From the NCBI GenBank assembly GCA_016840165.1, contig JAEOSU010000037.1:1-64000 (forward strand): DNA of 64,000 bases, read 5' to 3'. The notes below the pieces were generated by a model that was not told where the DNA came from, made no database searches, and was given only the letters and a program-made list of their open reading frames with translations. The translations under genes were made by a program, and so were the position numbers. This DNA is from Promethearchaeota archaeon (lineage in GTDB: Archaea > Asgardarchaeota > Lokiarchaeia > Sigyniarchaeales > SOKP01). How positions within the stretch are numbered: position 1 is the stretch's first letter; the number at the start of each line of letters is the position of its first letter. Below are positions 9,420-19,037 of this stretch, one piece after another.

Positions 9420-10613
9420 TTAATATAAATGTAGTTTGACTCCGCAAGTTTTGCAACGGTTATTTCTTAGACTCTCAAAACAATTTCTATGATATAATGT
9501 ATTACAATTACCACAGCGAACTAATTCTTGCCCTTCTTCAAATATAAAATTACATACAGGACAGGACCCAAAAACGTCATCTTCACTTAACTCGTTATAT
9601 TTAGTTAGTAAGGCTTCTGAAATTTCTGGTGTTTTTGGTTCATTATTTCCTTTAATACGTGGTTTAACTAAGCTCGTTAATTTTCTTGCTTGTGTGACTT
9701 CCGTTGGAATTTTTAAGAGATAAAAACAATGAGGACACCGAACGGTTCCAGCACGTCGCATTTTGCTATCTTTCTGTGAGTCAGCCCATGCTGCTAGACA
9801 ATGTATATGATATGGAGTTTGACAATTAGGACAATACCGACCGCTGACAAAAAAAGAACTTTTGGTATAAGGATTTGTATCGGAGAAACAAATCGAACAC
9901 TTCTTATAATCTGCTAACCCTCTTATCTGTAATAAGCGTTGTTCTTGATCTTTAGTAAGATCCTGTACGCGCAATAAATCTGCCGATATTTTTCTTAGAA
10001 AAACAGGACTTTCCATTATTGCGGATTTACTATTTCCATAAGTTTTAATATTAGAATAAGCTAATTCATGTGCCGCTTTCATTAAAGAATCAGGATCGTT
10101 ATTATAGTAATAGGTACCCCCTGTAAGATCGCTGATCTTTTTGAGAATGTTCGAGCTGCTTCCAGTCCCTAAGCGAAAAGAATCGATTTGAATATTTAAT
10201 CCATGCGCCAGTCGAGCCATTTTTACTGGATCGACTGATAATTTAGTATATTTCCCATCGGAAATCAGTAAAATTTTAGGACTTTTCGCTGCTATCTTCC
10301 TTAATTCTGCGATGACCATTTTTATAGAAAGCGCTAAAGCCTCTCCCAAAGCGGATTTACCAGATAAATTTAATGAATCTAAACCCTCAAAAAGATGCTT
10401 CTTTATATTTGTAAACTCTACAATCCTTTTAGGTTTGTCTGAAAATTTAACGATAGCAAAATAACTCGAAGGATCTTCTAAATATCGATCATTAATCAAC
10501 TTTTTGATCGCATTAATACTTGTTAGTAATCGATTTGGAGGATAATCCTTTCGAGCCATGGATCTCGAAGTATCAATACAAATGATGATATTTTCGGGTA
10601 ATCGTTCAGACAA
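9420..10613 (-). CDS. vWA-domain protein with two C-terminal C4HC3 RING-like zinc fingers
   Basis: MIDAS DTSRS...SDG; DYPPNRL; TGGTY; CSIC...CPNC....H..C...W...CPHC; CPVC...CGNC....H..C...CKTC. Confidence 0.85.
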   Translation of the reverse strand: MSERLPENIIICIDTSRSMARKDYPPNRLLTSINAIKKLINDRYLEDPSSYFAIVKFSDKPKRIVEFTNIKKHLFEGLDSLNLSGKSALGEALALSIKMVIAELRKIAAKSPKILLISDGKYTKLSVDPVKMARLAHGLNIQIDSFRLGTGSSSNILKKISDLTGGTYYYNNDPDSLMKAAHELAYSNIKTYGNSKSAIMESPVFLRKISADLLRVQDLTKDQEQRLLQIRGLADYKKCSICFSDTNPYTKSSFFVSGRYCPNCQTPYHIHCLAAWADSQKDSKMRRAGTVRCPHCFYLLKIPTEVTQARKLTSLVKPRIKGNNEPKTPEISEALLTKYNELSEDDVFGSCPVCNFIFEEGQELVRCGNCNTLYHRNCFESLRNNRCKTCGVKLHLY

Positions 10614-10823
10614 AGAGAAAAAACCTTTCTATTTCTATTCTTAAATCGGTGCAAGTAATTCTAATTTTTATATGTAACAAAAAGAATAAATAATTATGTT
10701 TTTTTATCAAAAGTAAAGCTTTATTAAATAGAAATTTCATATTAAATAAAACTTTTTTTGCTAAAGAACAGATAAAATAATATAGCAAAAATTAAACCTA
10801 TTAGGATTCCAGTTGATAAAATT

Positions 10824-12032
10824 ATGTCAGAAAATGATGCTAAAAATGTAAAAGTTAAAGACTTTTTCAAAAGAACGGTTATTATTAATGAGATCGATGA
10901 GATTCTTAATTTTAAGCCCGATACTCTTATTGGTATCGATCAAGTATCTTCTGATAAATTAGGTGAGCATAATGTAAAAAATATTGAGCAATTGGCAGAT
11001 TTACAGGTCGATAACCTTCCAGATATTAAGGAGGTCCCTAGTTCGATTCTAATTAAATGGATTAAAATTGCTCAAGTAATAGTTCGAGCTATAAAAGAGC
11101 AACTCAAATCACATAAGAAACTCTTGATGATCGGTTTAGATAATGGAGGGAAGACATCCATATTAGCCGTACTCCAGGATAGATTTTCAATCATCAAATC
11201 TTTATTACCTACAAGGGGAGTAAAAAGAGAAAAGTTGGATTTCTTTGGATATCCAATAATTTCATGGGATCTTGGAGGGCAAGTGCAGTATCGAGAAAAG
11301 TTATATTTCAATAGACCAGAATTATTTTTTACGGAAGTAGACTTGGTTTTATATGTGGTAGATACACAAGATACTGAACGGTTTGTGGAATCTGCTAACT
11401 ATTTCCGTGAAGTTTTAAAATCACTTAAAGATCTGAATGAAGCCCCACCAGTTTTAGTGGTACTTAGCAAGAGTGACCAAGATCTCAGAACTACAAGAGA
11501 ATGGCAAAATAATATAAATGCGATTAAGACTAAATTTTCCCATATCATTGATGAATATGAGAAATTCACAATCGATTTTGCTGATACTACCATCTATCAA
11601 AAAGAAACTATTATGCAAATGTTTAGTACTGCACTAAAGAAAGTTTCAGACACCTCTGAGATTATTGAGAATATTCTCGAGGATTTTACAAATACTATTG
11701 AAGGAAAGGCAACAAGTTTAATTTCTATGGATGGATTAATTTTTGGTAGCTATAATACCACTGATACAGATGAAGCTCTGTTGAATAATACCGCATTGAT
11801 TATGCAAACTCTTTCGAATTTTCACAACTCCATAGGTTTAATACGGGAAAATACTATCACTTTAGATTTTCCATTGAACAGATTCACTATTCGGGGAGAA
11901 AAATTATTTGAGTATTCAGAGTTAAAGATCCCCGTGTATCTTTGGCTTCTTTCAGAGAATCCTGATTTATTATATGAAAAAATTGATTATTTTCGGGAGC
12001 AATTACTACCTTTAATTAATATGTTTCTCTAA
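10824..12032 (+). CDS. Arf/Rag-like small GTPase with N-terminal HhH-like and C-terminal roadblock/longin-like domains
   Basis: GLDNGGKT, PTRG, WDLGGQ, SKSD; C-terminal TSLISMDGLIFGSY. Confidence 0.85.
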   Translation: MSENDAKNVKVKDFFKRTVIINEIDEILNFKPDTLIGIDQVSSDKLGEHNVKNIEQLADLQVDNLPDIKEVPSSILIKWIKIAQVIVRAIKEQLKSHKKLLMIGLDNGGKTSILAVLQDRFSIIKSLLPTRGVKREKLDFFGYPIISWDLGGQVQYREKLYFNRPELFFTEVDLVLYVVDTQDTERFVESANYFREVLKSLKDLNEAPPVLVVLSKSDQDLRTTREWQNNINAIKTKFSHIIDEYEKFTIDFADTTIYQKETIMQMFSTALKKVSDTSEIIENILEDFTNTIEGKATSLISMDGLIFGSYNTTDTDEALLNNTALIMQTLSNFHNSIGLIRENTITLDFPLNRFTIRGEKLFEYSELKIPVYLWLLSENPDLLYEKIDYFREQLLPLINMFL

Positions 12033-12256
12033 ACCTTATTTTCTTTTAACCCATCTCTTGCTTCAATAAGAAATTCATTACATTTATCTATCATTGCCAT
12101 AGCATTCTCTAAATTATTGGCTACCGCATCATAGCCAAGCTCTAGAGCAATGGTTTTCCACTTTTCAAAATTCTCTTTATGGGAAATATTATGATTTGCC
12201 CAATGTTCGCATAATTTCTCTAATTTTAGAAGTTTCTTATCTATCATTATTCTCAA
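12029..12256 (-). CDS. cooJ: CooJ-like nickel chaperone
   Basis: HWANHNISH matches the H(W/F)X2HX3H CooJ signature; lies directly downstream of cdhA. Confidence 0.7.
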   Translation of the reverse strand: MRIMIDKKLLKLEKLCEHWANHNISHKENFEKWKTIALELGYDAVANNLENAMAMIDKCNEFLIEARDGLKENKV

Positions 12257-12309
12257 ATAATAAAATAAATAAAGATTAAAAAAAAGAATGAAAAAATAAA
12301 AGGAAAAGT

Positions 12310-14661
12310 TTAATTTCTGCAGAAGCGTTTTAATAAGGTTGGATCAACTATTTCTCTCGGTTCCCAGTTTTTCTCCTTAAGATACTCCATAATTTCATCT
12401 TTGAGGTTGATGGGAATATCTGCTTCTACCCGGATGAATCTATCTAAATCGTTTGGGAAGTTTACTCCCTTATATTTGCGTTCTAAATCGATCCAATGTG
12501 AGAGTTTAATCATCCTACCTTTACTGTTATCAGCAGGTCTTAAACACATTTTTGCCGATAAACAGATTGCTTGCTCAATTGTCTCAGCAGTAGTTAACAG
12601 ATGTTCTGGTCCAGGACCAACTAAATGTCCACTTGTACCATCACGCGCATTCCATACTTTCCAAGTTTCTTCATCATCAGAGCGACCAATATACATTCGT
12701 CTATATTCTGCTGAGTGTGGTCCGCATATTGCCGGAATTCCCATTCCATTACAACTACTGGCAATACTGGCTGCCTTTTGGCTCATTGCTCCCCATGCTA
12801 CTCCAACAGCTCCGACCCTATTTAGGATATAATCAGCTATTTCCTCATAATTTCCACGTAGAGGACGACGTGCGAATATGTTTGCTACTTTTATCGCAGC
12901 TCCATTAATATGAGGATTTGAGACACAGGAACCAACATTTACTAATCCACCACGATCAAAATCTCCTGGAAAGCGGTCATATAGTGTCTTTCCCTCTTCG
13001 TCTTTCACTAGACCAATATCCATTGCTCCACATCCAGATACAACAACGATATAATTTCTTCTACAAAATTCTTCAGCCATGAGATAGAGTTCTTGAATTT
13101 CTTTACCATAGTTTGCACATCCGATTATAGCGACAATACCTGGAATTTCACCAAGAACAATTGGAGCTCCCACATTGCGAATTTCTGTGTCCATAATAGG
13201 CCCACGTCCTGCGCGCATATTGAACTTCTCATTTCTGATCTTTTCACGTCCAGCATACATTATTAAGGTCAAAGGAGACACGCCCTTCATACAGTCTGAT
13301 TCACATCTGCCACAATCCAGACAAGAATCGAAAGCTTCTGATAAGACTGAAAAATCGCCTTCCTTTACTAGGTTTACTCCTTCTACTAAAGGTAAGTCAT
13401 TTGGACAATTTCTCTGACAATTCCCACATCCATTACAATTCAATGCCATTTGGATACAGCCTTGTTCATCAGGAATTGCACTTTTACCATCCCTTATCGG
13501 TTTTATTTTTATAGCAGTTTCTACAGCTACTTTTCCTGCCTTAATAGGATCAAGGATTAAAACACCATCAACTTTTTGACTAACTAAATCTTCAATTATT
13601 TCTTCTGCAGGATCATCTGTTCTATCGGGCAAACCACCCATAATTTTTTCATTGGTGGCAATAAATGGAGCGTTTACTAACTTTGCTTGCTCATGGGCTC
13701 TTAAGTTAACACATTGTTCATCAACCATAACAACATCAGCTAAACCAGAACGAATGTAAAACATCTGTCGAGCGAGTGATCCGACAATTTTAGCTCCATC
13801 ATAATACCTTGTTAAATCTATCGCAGTACAGCAAATAGCTCCTACGTCAACCTTATCATCAAATCCTTTTTCTCTCATATAGTCAACTAATTCAATTCCA
13901 GGAGCTACATTATGTCCAATCATTAAGATGGAAGCTTTATTTTCGGTATCTAAAGTACCCATACCCAACTCAATAAGTGGAACATCAGGATCTCCCATAG
14001 GAAAACCATATGCAGCGATTTGGACAGCATCGGAAATTTCCATCCCTACAGCATCAGCACAACCAGCTAAGAAGGCTTTTGCTTCATAATCAAGATGGCT
14101 TGATTCTTGTCCTGTATGTCCAGAAGCTAAAAGATGTGTGATGGTATAATGCACCCATTCCATTGCGGTCTCTAAGTCTTCTAAAGTCTCGGGTTTCATA
14201 CCAACAATTAAACGCGTACAAGGCATCTCAACAGCAATATTATTTCCAAAGTTAATTGGAACATTGCCGTATTTCTCTTTAAGCCAATGAAGTAGATGGT
14301 CACCGTGTGCAGAATGACAACTGGCACCTATAGCACAAGCAATTTCCACAATTTTTGCGCAAGCTGTTTGAAGATTAATACCACAAGCACCTGTTCGTCC
14401 TTTAGAAAGGTTACACTTACCAAAAGTGCATAAACAACACATATCACAAATTGGCATATAGTATGGTTTGTATCGTTCCATTAGCTTGAAAAACCATGAT
14501 CTTAGCGTAGGAATATGAGGTTTTGGTGTGGGCCCCATCGGTTCCCATTCTGACTCATCGCCTTGACTCTTAACCTTACCTGCGGTGAATTCGAATCCTT
14601 TTATTGTTCCGAGTGGTCCCTTATAGGAATCAATTTTAATTTTAGTACCTTTCTCGGTCAT
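12310..14661 (-). CDS. cdhA: CO dehydrogenase/acetyl-CoA synthase complex subunit alpha
   Basis: CDMCCLCTFGKC...GACG, HSAHGDH, GHN, ICCT, DEQC, two CxxCxxCxxxC ferredoxin motifs, GSCVSN, AWGAMSQKA. Confidence 0.97.
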   Translation of the reverse strand: MTEKGTKIKIDSYKGPLGTIKGFEFTAGKVKSQGDESEWEPMGPTPKPHIPTLRSWFFKLMERYKPYYMPICDMCCLCTFGKCNLSKGRTGACGINLQTACAKIVEIACAIGASCHSAHGDHLLHWLKEKYGNVPINFGNNIAVEMPCTRLIVGMKPETLEDLETAMEWVHYTITHLLASGHTGQESSHLDYEAKAFLAGCADAVGMEISDAVQIAAYGFPMGDPDVPLIELGMGTLDTENKASILMIGHNVAPGIELVDYMREKGFDDKVDVGAICCTAIDLTRYYDGAKIVGSLARQMFYIRSGLADVVMVDEQCVNLRAHEQAKLVNAPFIATNEKIMGGLPDRTDDPAEEIIEDLVSQKVDGVLILDPIKAGKVAVETAIKIKPIRDGKSAIPDEQGCIQMALNCNGCGNCQRNCPNDLPLVEGVNLVKEGDFSVLSEAFDSCLDCGRCESDCMKGVSPLTLIMYAGREKIRNEKFNMRAGRGPIMDTEIRNVGAPIVLGEIPGIVAIIGCANYGKEIQELYLMAEEFCRRNYIVVVSGCGAMDIGLVKDEEGKTLYDRFPGDFDRGGLVNVGSCVSNPHINGAAIKVANIFARRPLRGNYEEIADYILNRVGAVGVAWGAMSQKAASIASSCNGMGIPAICGPHSAEYRRMYIGRSDDEETWKVWNARDGTSGHLVGPGPEHLLTTAETIEQAICLSAKMCLRPADNSKGRMIKLSHWIDLERKYKGVNFPNDLDRFIRVEADIPINLKDEIMEYLKEKNWEPREIVDPTLLKRFCRN

Positions 14662-14873
14662 ATTTAGAATTTCACTTTTTTTGGTTTTAAAATATTTTTA
14701 ATTAATAATTATGCATAATTTATTATAATTGAAGATATTAAGAAAAGTATTTTAAATTTTAGAATAAGATTTAAAACCGATAGGAGCAAACAGATTTTAG
14801 AAAATTAGTGTGAAATTTCACTCAATTAGAGATTGTTACAATAAAGTAAGTCAGAGCTCTTCTTCTAGCTTTC

Positions 14874-15614
14874 TTAATCAATCCTACTAGTTGCATATCT
14901 CAATTTTCTTTCATATTCATCTAGATATGGAAATTTTCGAAGCTTTGCAATTCTCAGATTTTCATTTAGATCATAGGGTATTCTCCTAATAAGAAATTGT
15001 ATTTCGCCATTATCTCTAATTTCTAAGATACCATAAGACGCTCTTGGCTCCCCGTCCATAGGAGCTCCAACACTCCCGGGATTAAATATCATTTTATTTT
15101 CAATTACTCGATTAGTTGAAACATGAGAATGTCCACAAAGTATAACCTCTTCTTCTACACCTTCTATCATTTGAAGAATCTCATAATCATGTACCTCGGA
15201 AGTCATAGCTTCCGAAATATTACGAGGTGACCCATGAACACATAACACCTTGACATTATTTAATTCAATAGATTCAGAAAAGGGAAGTTTTTTGATAAAT
15301 TCGATATCTTGCTGGTATAATCTTTCCTTAGAAAAGTGGAATAATTCATAAAATTTAATTTCATTAATAGATTTTGGTTCCCATTGTTCATTAATTTCCA
15401 AGAACCATTCATCAGTATTACCTTTAATCCAGATAACAGGTTTAAGCTTTTTTAATTGATTAAACACTTCTTTTGGAGAAGGCCCATTAATAACTAGATC
15501 ACCTAAAAAGATCATCTGTTTAATATTTAGAGATTTAAGATCTTTTATTACTTCAGATAAAGCAATGGAATTTGCGTGAATATCTGAAAGTATCCCTAAT
15601 TTCATAATAGTCAT
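14874..15614 (-). CDS. Calcineurin-like metallophosphoesterase (YfcE family)
   Basis: SDIHAN, LGDLV, GNTD, HGSP, GHSH, NPGSVG. Confidence 0.9.
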   Translation of the reverse strand: MTIMKLGILSDIHANSIALSEVIKDLKSLNIKQMIFLGDLVINGPSPKEVFNQLKKLKPVIWIKGNTDEWFLEINEQWEPKSINEIKFYELFHFSKERLYQQDIEFIKKLPFSESIELNNVKVLCVHGSPRNISEAMTSEVHDYEILQMIEGVEEEVILCGHSHVSTNRVIENKMIFNPGSVGAPMDGEPRASYGILEIRDNGEIQFLIRRIPYDLNENLRIAKLRKFPYLDEYERKLRYATSRID

Positions 15615-15656
15615 AAGAGTTTAAAATATAAAGATTTAAAATCACAATAAGATAAT

Positions 15657-16265
15657 TTAAAGAGACGCTAAAAATTCCGCTACTGCCTCTTCAGAAATTT
15701 CTTCATCAACGAGTTTATCATCCAGTTCTTCTCCAAGTAAATCGAATTTATAGGAACATTTATCATCTCCTGATAAAATGCATTCAATTTCTTTACCATC
15801 AACATCAATTCCTAGCGCTTCAAATACGCCATTAAAGATACCAAGATATAAGATGCATAAATTTTTAGCCATAATATTGTCGATTTCCTCCTTCGCTAAA
15901 GATTCATAAACATTGATAAGGATGTGATGCTTTCTAAACTGACCTGTTAAAGCACCATAACCCATAAGAATGAGTGACTCAAGAATACCAAGGACGACTT
16001 CTTTTTTAGTCGCCATTTTTTCACTACTCCAATCTTTATTGTAAAAATATTTTTCCATTAAAGCCTTTCCCAGTGTTTTCCCGACCCAAATAAGAATATC
16101 TTCAGCATTAGTACCCGCAAATTCGCAAAATTCCATAATTTCATTTGGTCGAAGCATTACAAGGCGAATATCTTTCTTTTTTTCTCCCAGGAAGAGTTGC
16201 CCATCTTTTTCTTCAATATTAATTTGTAATTCTTTCTTTAATCTTTTAAACATAGTGAAAACCAA
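15657..16265 (-). CDS. V4R-domain protein (Bet3/TRAPP-related fold)
   Basis: GKTLGK, MGYG, LC..YLGIFNG.F, EIECILSGDDKCSY. Confidence 0.8.
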   Translation of the reverse strand: MVFTMFKRLKKELQINIEEKDGQLFLGEKKKDIRLVMLRPNEIMEFCEFAGTNAEDILIWVGKTLGKALMEKYFYNKDWSSEKMATKKEVVLGILESLILMGYGALTGQFRKHHILINVYESLAKEEIDNIMAKNLCILYLGIFNGVFEALGIDVDGKEIECILSGDDKCSYKFDLLGEELDDKLVDEEISEEAVAEFLASL

Positions 16266-16373
16266 TAAACATTAATCATTCAGAATCAAATATAATATAA
16301 TAGAAATTTAATTGACTAAGTTTATAAATTTAATGATTAAACGATTCGTTTAAGAATTTTACTGGTGTCCAGA

Positions 16374-17402
16374 TCATTTAGCCTCGATTATATGAAATAT
16401 AGAATCAATTATTTTTGAAAGATTATAATTTGTTTTAACCGAACTAAAGATAAATTGCCATGGTCTATTCCCAAGATTAATAAATTCAAAATAATTCATT
16501 AGCTCTGTTTTTGTTCTACTTAGATGTTCATTTTGATTTTGATGATTTAAGTTGAGTAGATCAACTTTGTTAGCAATTATTATAAGTGGAATTTCTTTTG
16601 CCTCTTCCCTATTTACTATCTTCCAGAATTCTTCCTTTGATTCTTTAAAACTACGCTGATTTGAAATGTCAATCATGTAAATAAGGATATTAGTATCTTG
16701 AATACCATATAACCAGTTTTTCCGTAATTTTAAGTTTCCGGGCATATCCCAAATAGCCAATTGACCATCTTCTGCTTGAAGATACTCAATATTGAATTTT
16801 TTCGTTGGAGTATAAAAATTTTCGCTGAAAAGGCCTGTTTTTAGTCGTCTGATTAGAGATGATTTTCCAACATCATCAATTCCGAATAAGAAGACTTTAG
16901 TAAATATATCAGAAGATTGAAATGCGATTTCGTAATATCTTTCTAAAACCTCCTCTCCATATCTTCGTATATCAATAAATAAAGTTATTAAGAAATTCTC
17001 AATTTCTTGTTCATCTTCAAAAAAGCAACACTCCTCGTTAATGAGCATTTCGTAAGCTAGATCTTCGAAAATTTCCTTATAATCATAAGGATTGTCATCG
17101 TCCGCAAAAATCAATCCTATAACTATTTGGTTATCAATACCCATTGAAAAAATATTTTGATCCTCTATTTTCTGAGAGATTGGGGTGTCTAACACATATT
17201 TTATTGAATCTAATCTAAAATTTTCGATATTTTGTTTAGAAATCTTTTCATGACCTTCAATAATTTTCTTAATAAATAAGCTGTCTTCTTTTCCAGAAAT
17301 ATCAAATGGATAGCTATATATATCCAAATGATTCAGATCATCAAAGTTTTTACCCTTAATAAGAAAAATATTGGAAAGCAAAGAACAAATCCTAAAATAC
17401 AA
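16374..17402 (-). CDS. Arf-like small GTPase with N-terminal longin-like domain (true start may be TTG at 17381)
   Basis: GIDDVGKS, TPT, WDMPG, ANKVD, SSVK; about 160-aa N-terminal alpha/beta domain. Confidence 0.85.
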   Translation of the reverse strand: MYFRICSLLSNIFLIKGKNFDDLNHLDIYSYPFDISGKEDSLFIKKIIEGHEKISKQNIENFRLDSIKYVLDTPISQKIEDQNIFSMGIDNQIVIGLIFADDDNPYDYKEIFEDLAYEMLINEECCFFEDEQEIENFLITLFIDIRRYGEEVLERYYEIAFQSSDIFTKVFLFGIDDVGKSSLIRRLKTGLFSENFYTPTKKFNIEYLQAEDGQLAIWDMPGNLKLRKNWLYGIQDTNILIYMIDISNQRSFKESKEEFWKIVNREEAKEIPLIIIANKVDLLNLNHQNQNEHLSRTKTELMNYFEFINLGNRPWQFIFSSVKTNYNLSKIIDSIFHIIEAK

Positions 17403-17547
17403 TTAATCTTAATTTTGAAAAGAACAAATGATTAAAAAAAGTTTGGAATCTCCCTATAAGCACTACTTTTATAGTTTTCGAAAATAATTGGAAGATTATA
17501 AGAATGATGCGTTAATCTACTAATTAGAAATAAGTTATACTTCCTAA

Positions 17548-18918
17548 TTATGAGCCTGCTTCATCCTCATTATCTGAATTATCTTCTGTATTATCCTTAG
17601 GAGGTTCCTCTGATTGATCATCACCCTTTTCGGGTTCTACTTCCTTTTCGGTTTCATTAACTGGAGTATCACAAATCGGACATTTTTTCCATCCTGGTCG
17701 TAAAGCATAGCCACAATTTCGACATTCTAACATATCTTCATCTGGTTTCCATTCAGGAATGTTTAATCCACCGCCTCTTCTTTTTTCAGCTAATTCGTGT
17801 AATTCTTCTTCTGTCCATACTTCCATACCTTCTGGGATACCAGATCCTCTATCTTCAGAGTATTTAGATAGTTCATTTTCTGTCCATGTTGGCATGTTAG
17901 GTTGAGATTCCATTCGCTTTTTTGCCTCTTCAGCAAGTTCATTGGCGGTCCATGTTTTCAACTCCTGACCACCAGGGGTTCTTGTAGGTTCAGATTCTTG
18001 TATATCTTGAGCGGTCGGAGGAGAAGGTGCTTGACAACTTGTAGCTGAAAATCTAAGTAGTGCTTCAAAACATTGGCTATACTTTTCTTGAGAATCATTT
18101 TCATTAGCTACAATAATTAGAGTAGTCTTATCAGAAGGAAGAGGAAAAGCAATACTCGAGATAGCTATTTCAGATGAAGTTCTCCCTGAATCCATGCTTG
18201 TCCACACCTTTTCCATAGTATTTAGTAAATCCTCATTATCCATCAAAAAATCACATATAGGATCTCCATGTCGTTGATAGTCTTCATGATACTTGGCAAG
18301 CTGATTTTGTGTCACAACGGAATCATAAGATTGTAGAAGTGCACTAATAAAAGGGTAATTATGTGAAATTGGCCCCTCAGAAGCCTCATCAATCTTATAA
18401 CCTCCTAGATCCAAATTTCCTATAACAGGTGCGAATAAGGGATCATTATCCTTAATTTTACCAAACAGTATTGTTTTTCCTAAAACACATTTTATCACTC
18501 CATAGTAGGCAATTGCGTGATCGTTAAACTCTATTTTCTCATTTATAGTTATTCGAGGGATAGATCGAAAAATAACTTCTTCCCAGGGAAGTTCTTTCAC
18601 GGGAATAATTGCAACACATGATTTTAGGACTAGCTCGGATAATTTTTTCAAATAATCTTTAAGAATTTTTTTGACATCTTGATATTTTTCTTTTTTTAAT
18701 TCTTCCGTGGCGTTTTTCATCATTTGGTCAAATTTTTCTTCATTTTGTTTAACGGATCCTCCAAATGATTTAATTTCTCCTACAATATTGTCTTTAAAAA
18801 TAAAAGTTGCTTCATCAATGATCTCTTTTTGCATATCCGTAATTTCTTCAACCAAGTAATCTTCCACCCGAAATTGAAGATTTTGGATGAAGATGGATAT
18901 TAATTTTGCTTCAGACAA
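17548..18918 (-). CDS. Hypothetical protein with WTxxEL repeats, zinc ribbon and acidic tail
   Basis: WTANEL/WTENEL/WTEEEL/WKPDE; CRNCG...CPICD. Confidence 0.7.
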   Translation of the reverse strand: MSEAKLISIFIQNLQFRVEDYLVEEITDMQKEIIDEATFIFKDNIVGEIKSFGGSVKQNEEKFDQMMKNATEELKKEKYQDVKKILKDYLKKLSELVLKSCVAIIPVKELPWEEVIFRSIPRITINEKIEFNDHAIAYYGVIKCVLGKTILFGKIKDNDPLFAPVIGNLDLGGYKIDEASEGPISHNYPFISALLQSYDSVVTQNQLAKYHEDYQRHGDPICDFLMDNEDLLNTMEKVWTSMDSGRTSSEIAISSIAFPLPSDKTTLIIVANENDSQEKYSQCFEALLRFSATSCQAPSPPTAQDIQESEPTRTPGGQELKTWTANELAEEAKKRMESQPNMPTWTENELSKYSEDRGSGIPEGMEVWTEEELHELAEKRRGGGLNIPEWKPDEDMLECRNCGYALRPGWKKCPICDTPVNETEKEVEPEKGDDQSEEPPKDNTEDNSDNEDEAGS

Positions 18919-19037
18919 TGTATTTACCTTATTTTTTATATACTAATTAGTCTTTTTATAAATATTGAAACGAAATGGATATAAAAATTTATTTAAATCT
19001 TAAGTGGAAATTTCCTAAAAACTTATTGAGAGTGTGA

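Noticed and set aside
12401-13417. Antisense ORFs within cdhA, and similar short shadow ORFs elsewhere (e.g. 51646-52260, 52789-53205, 59078-59353)
   Set aside because: They lie opposite well-supported genes and have no motifs.
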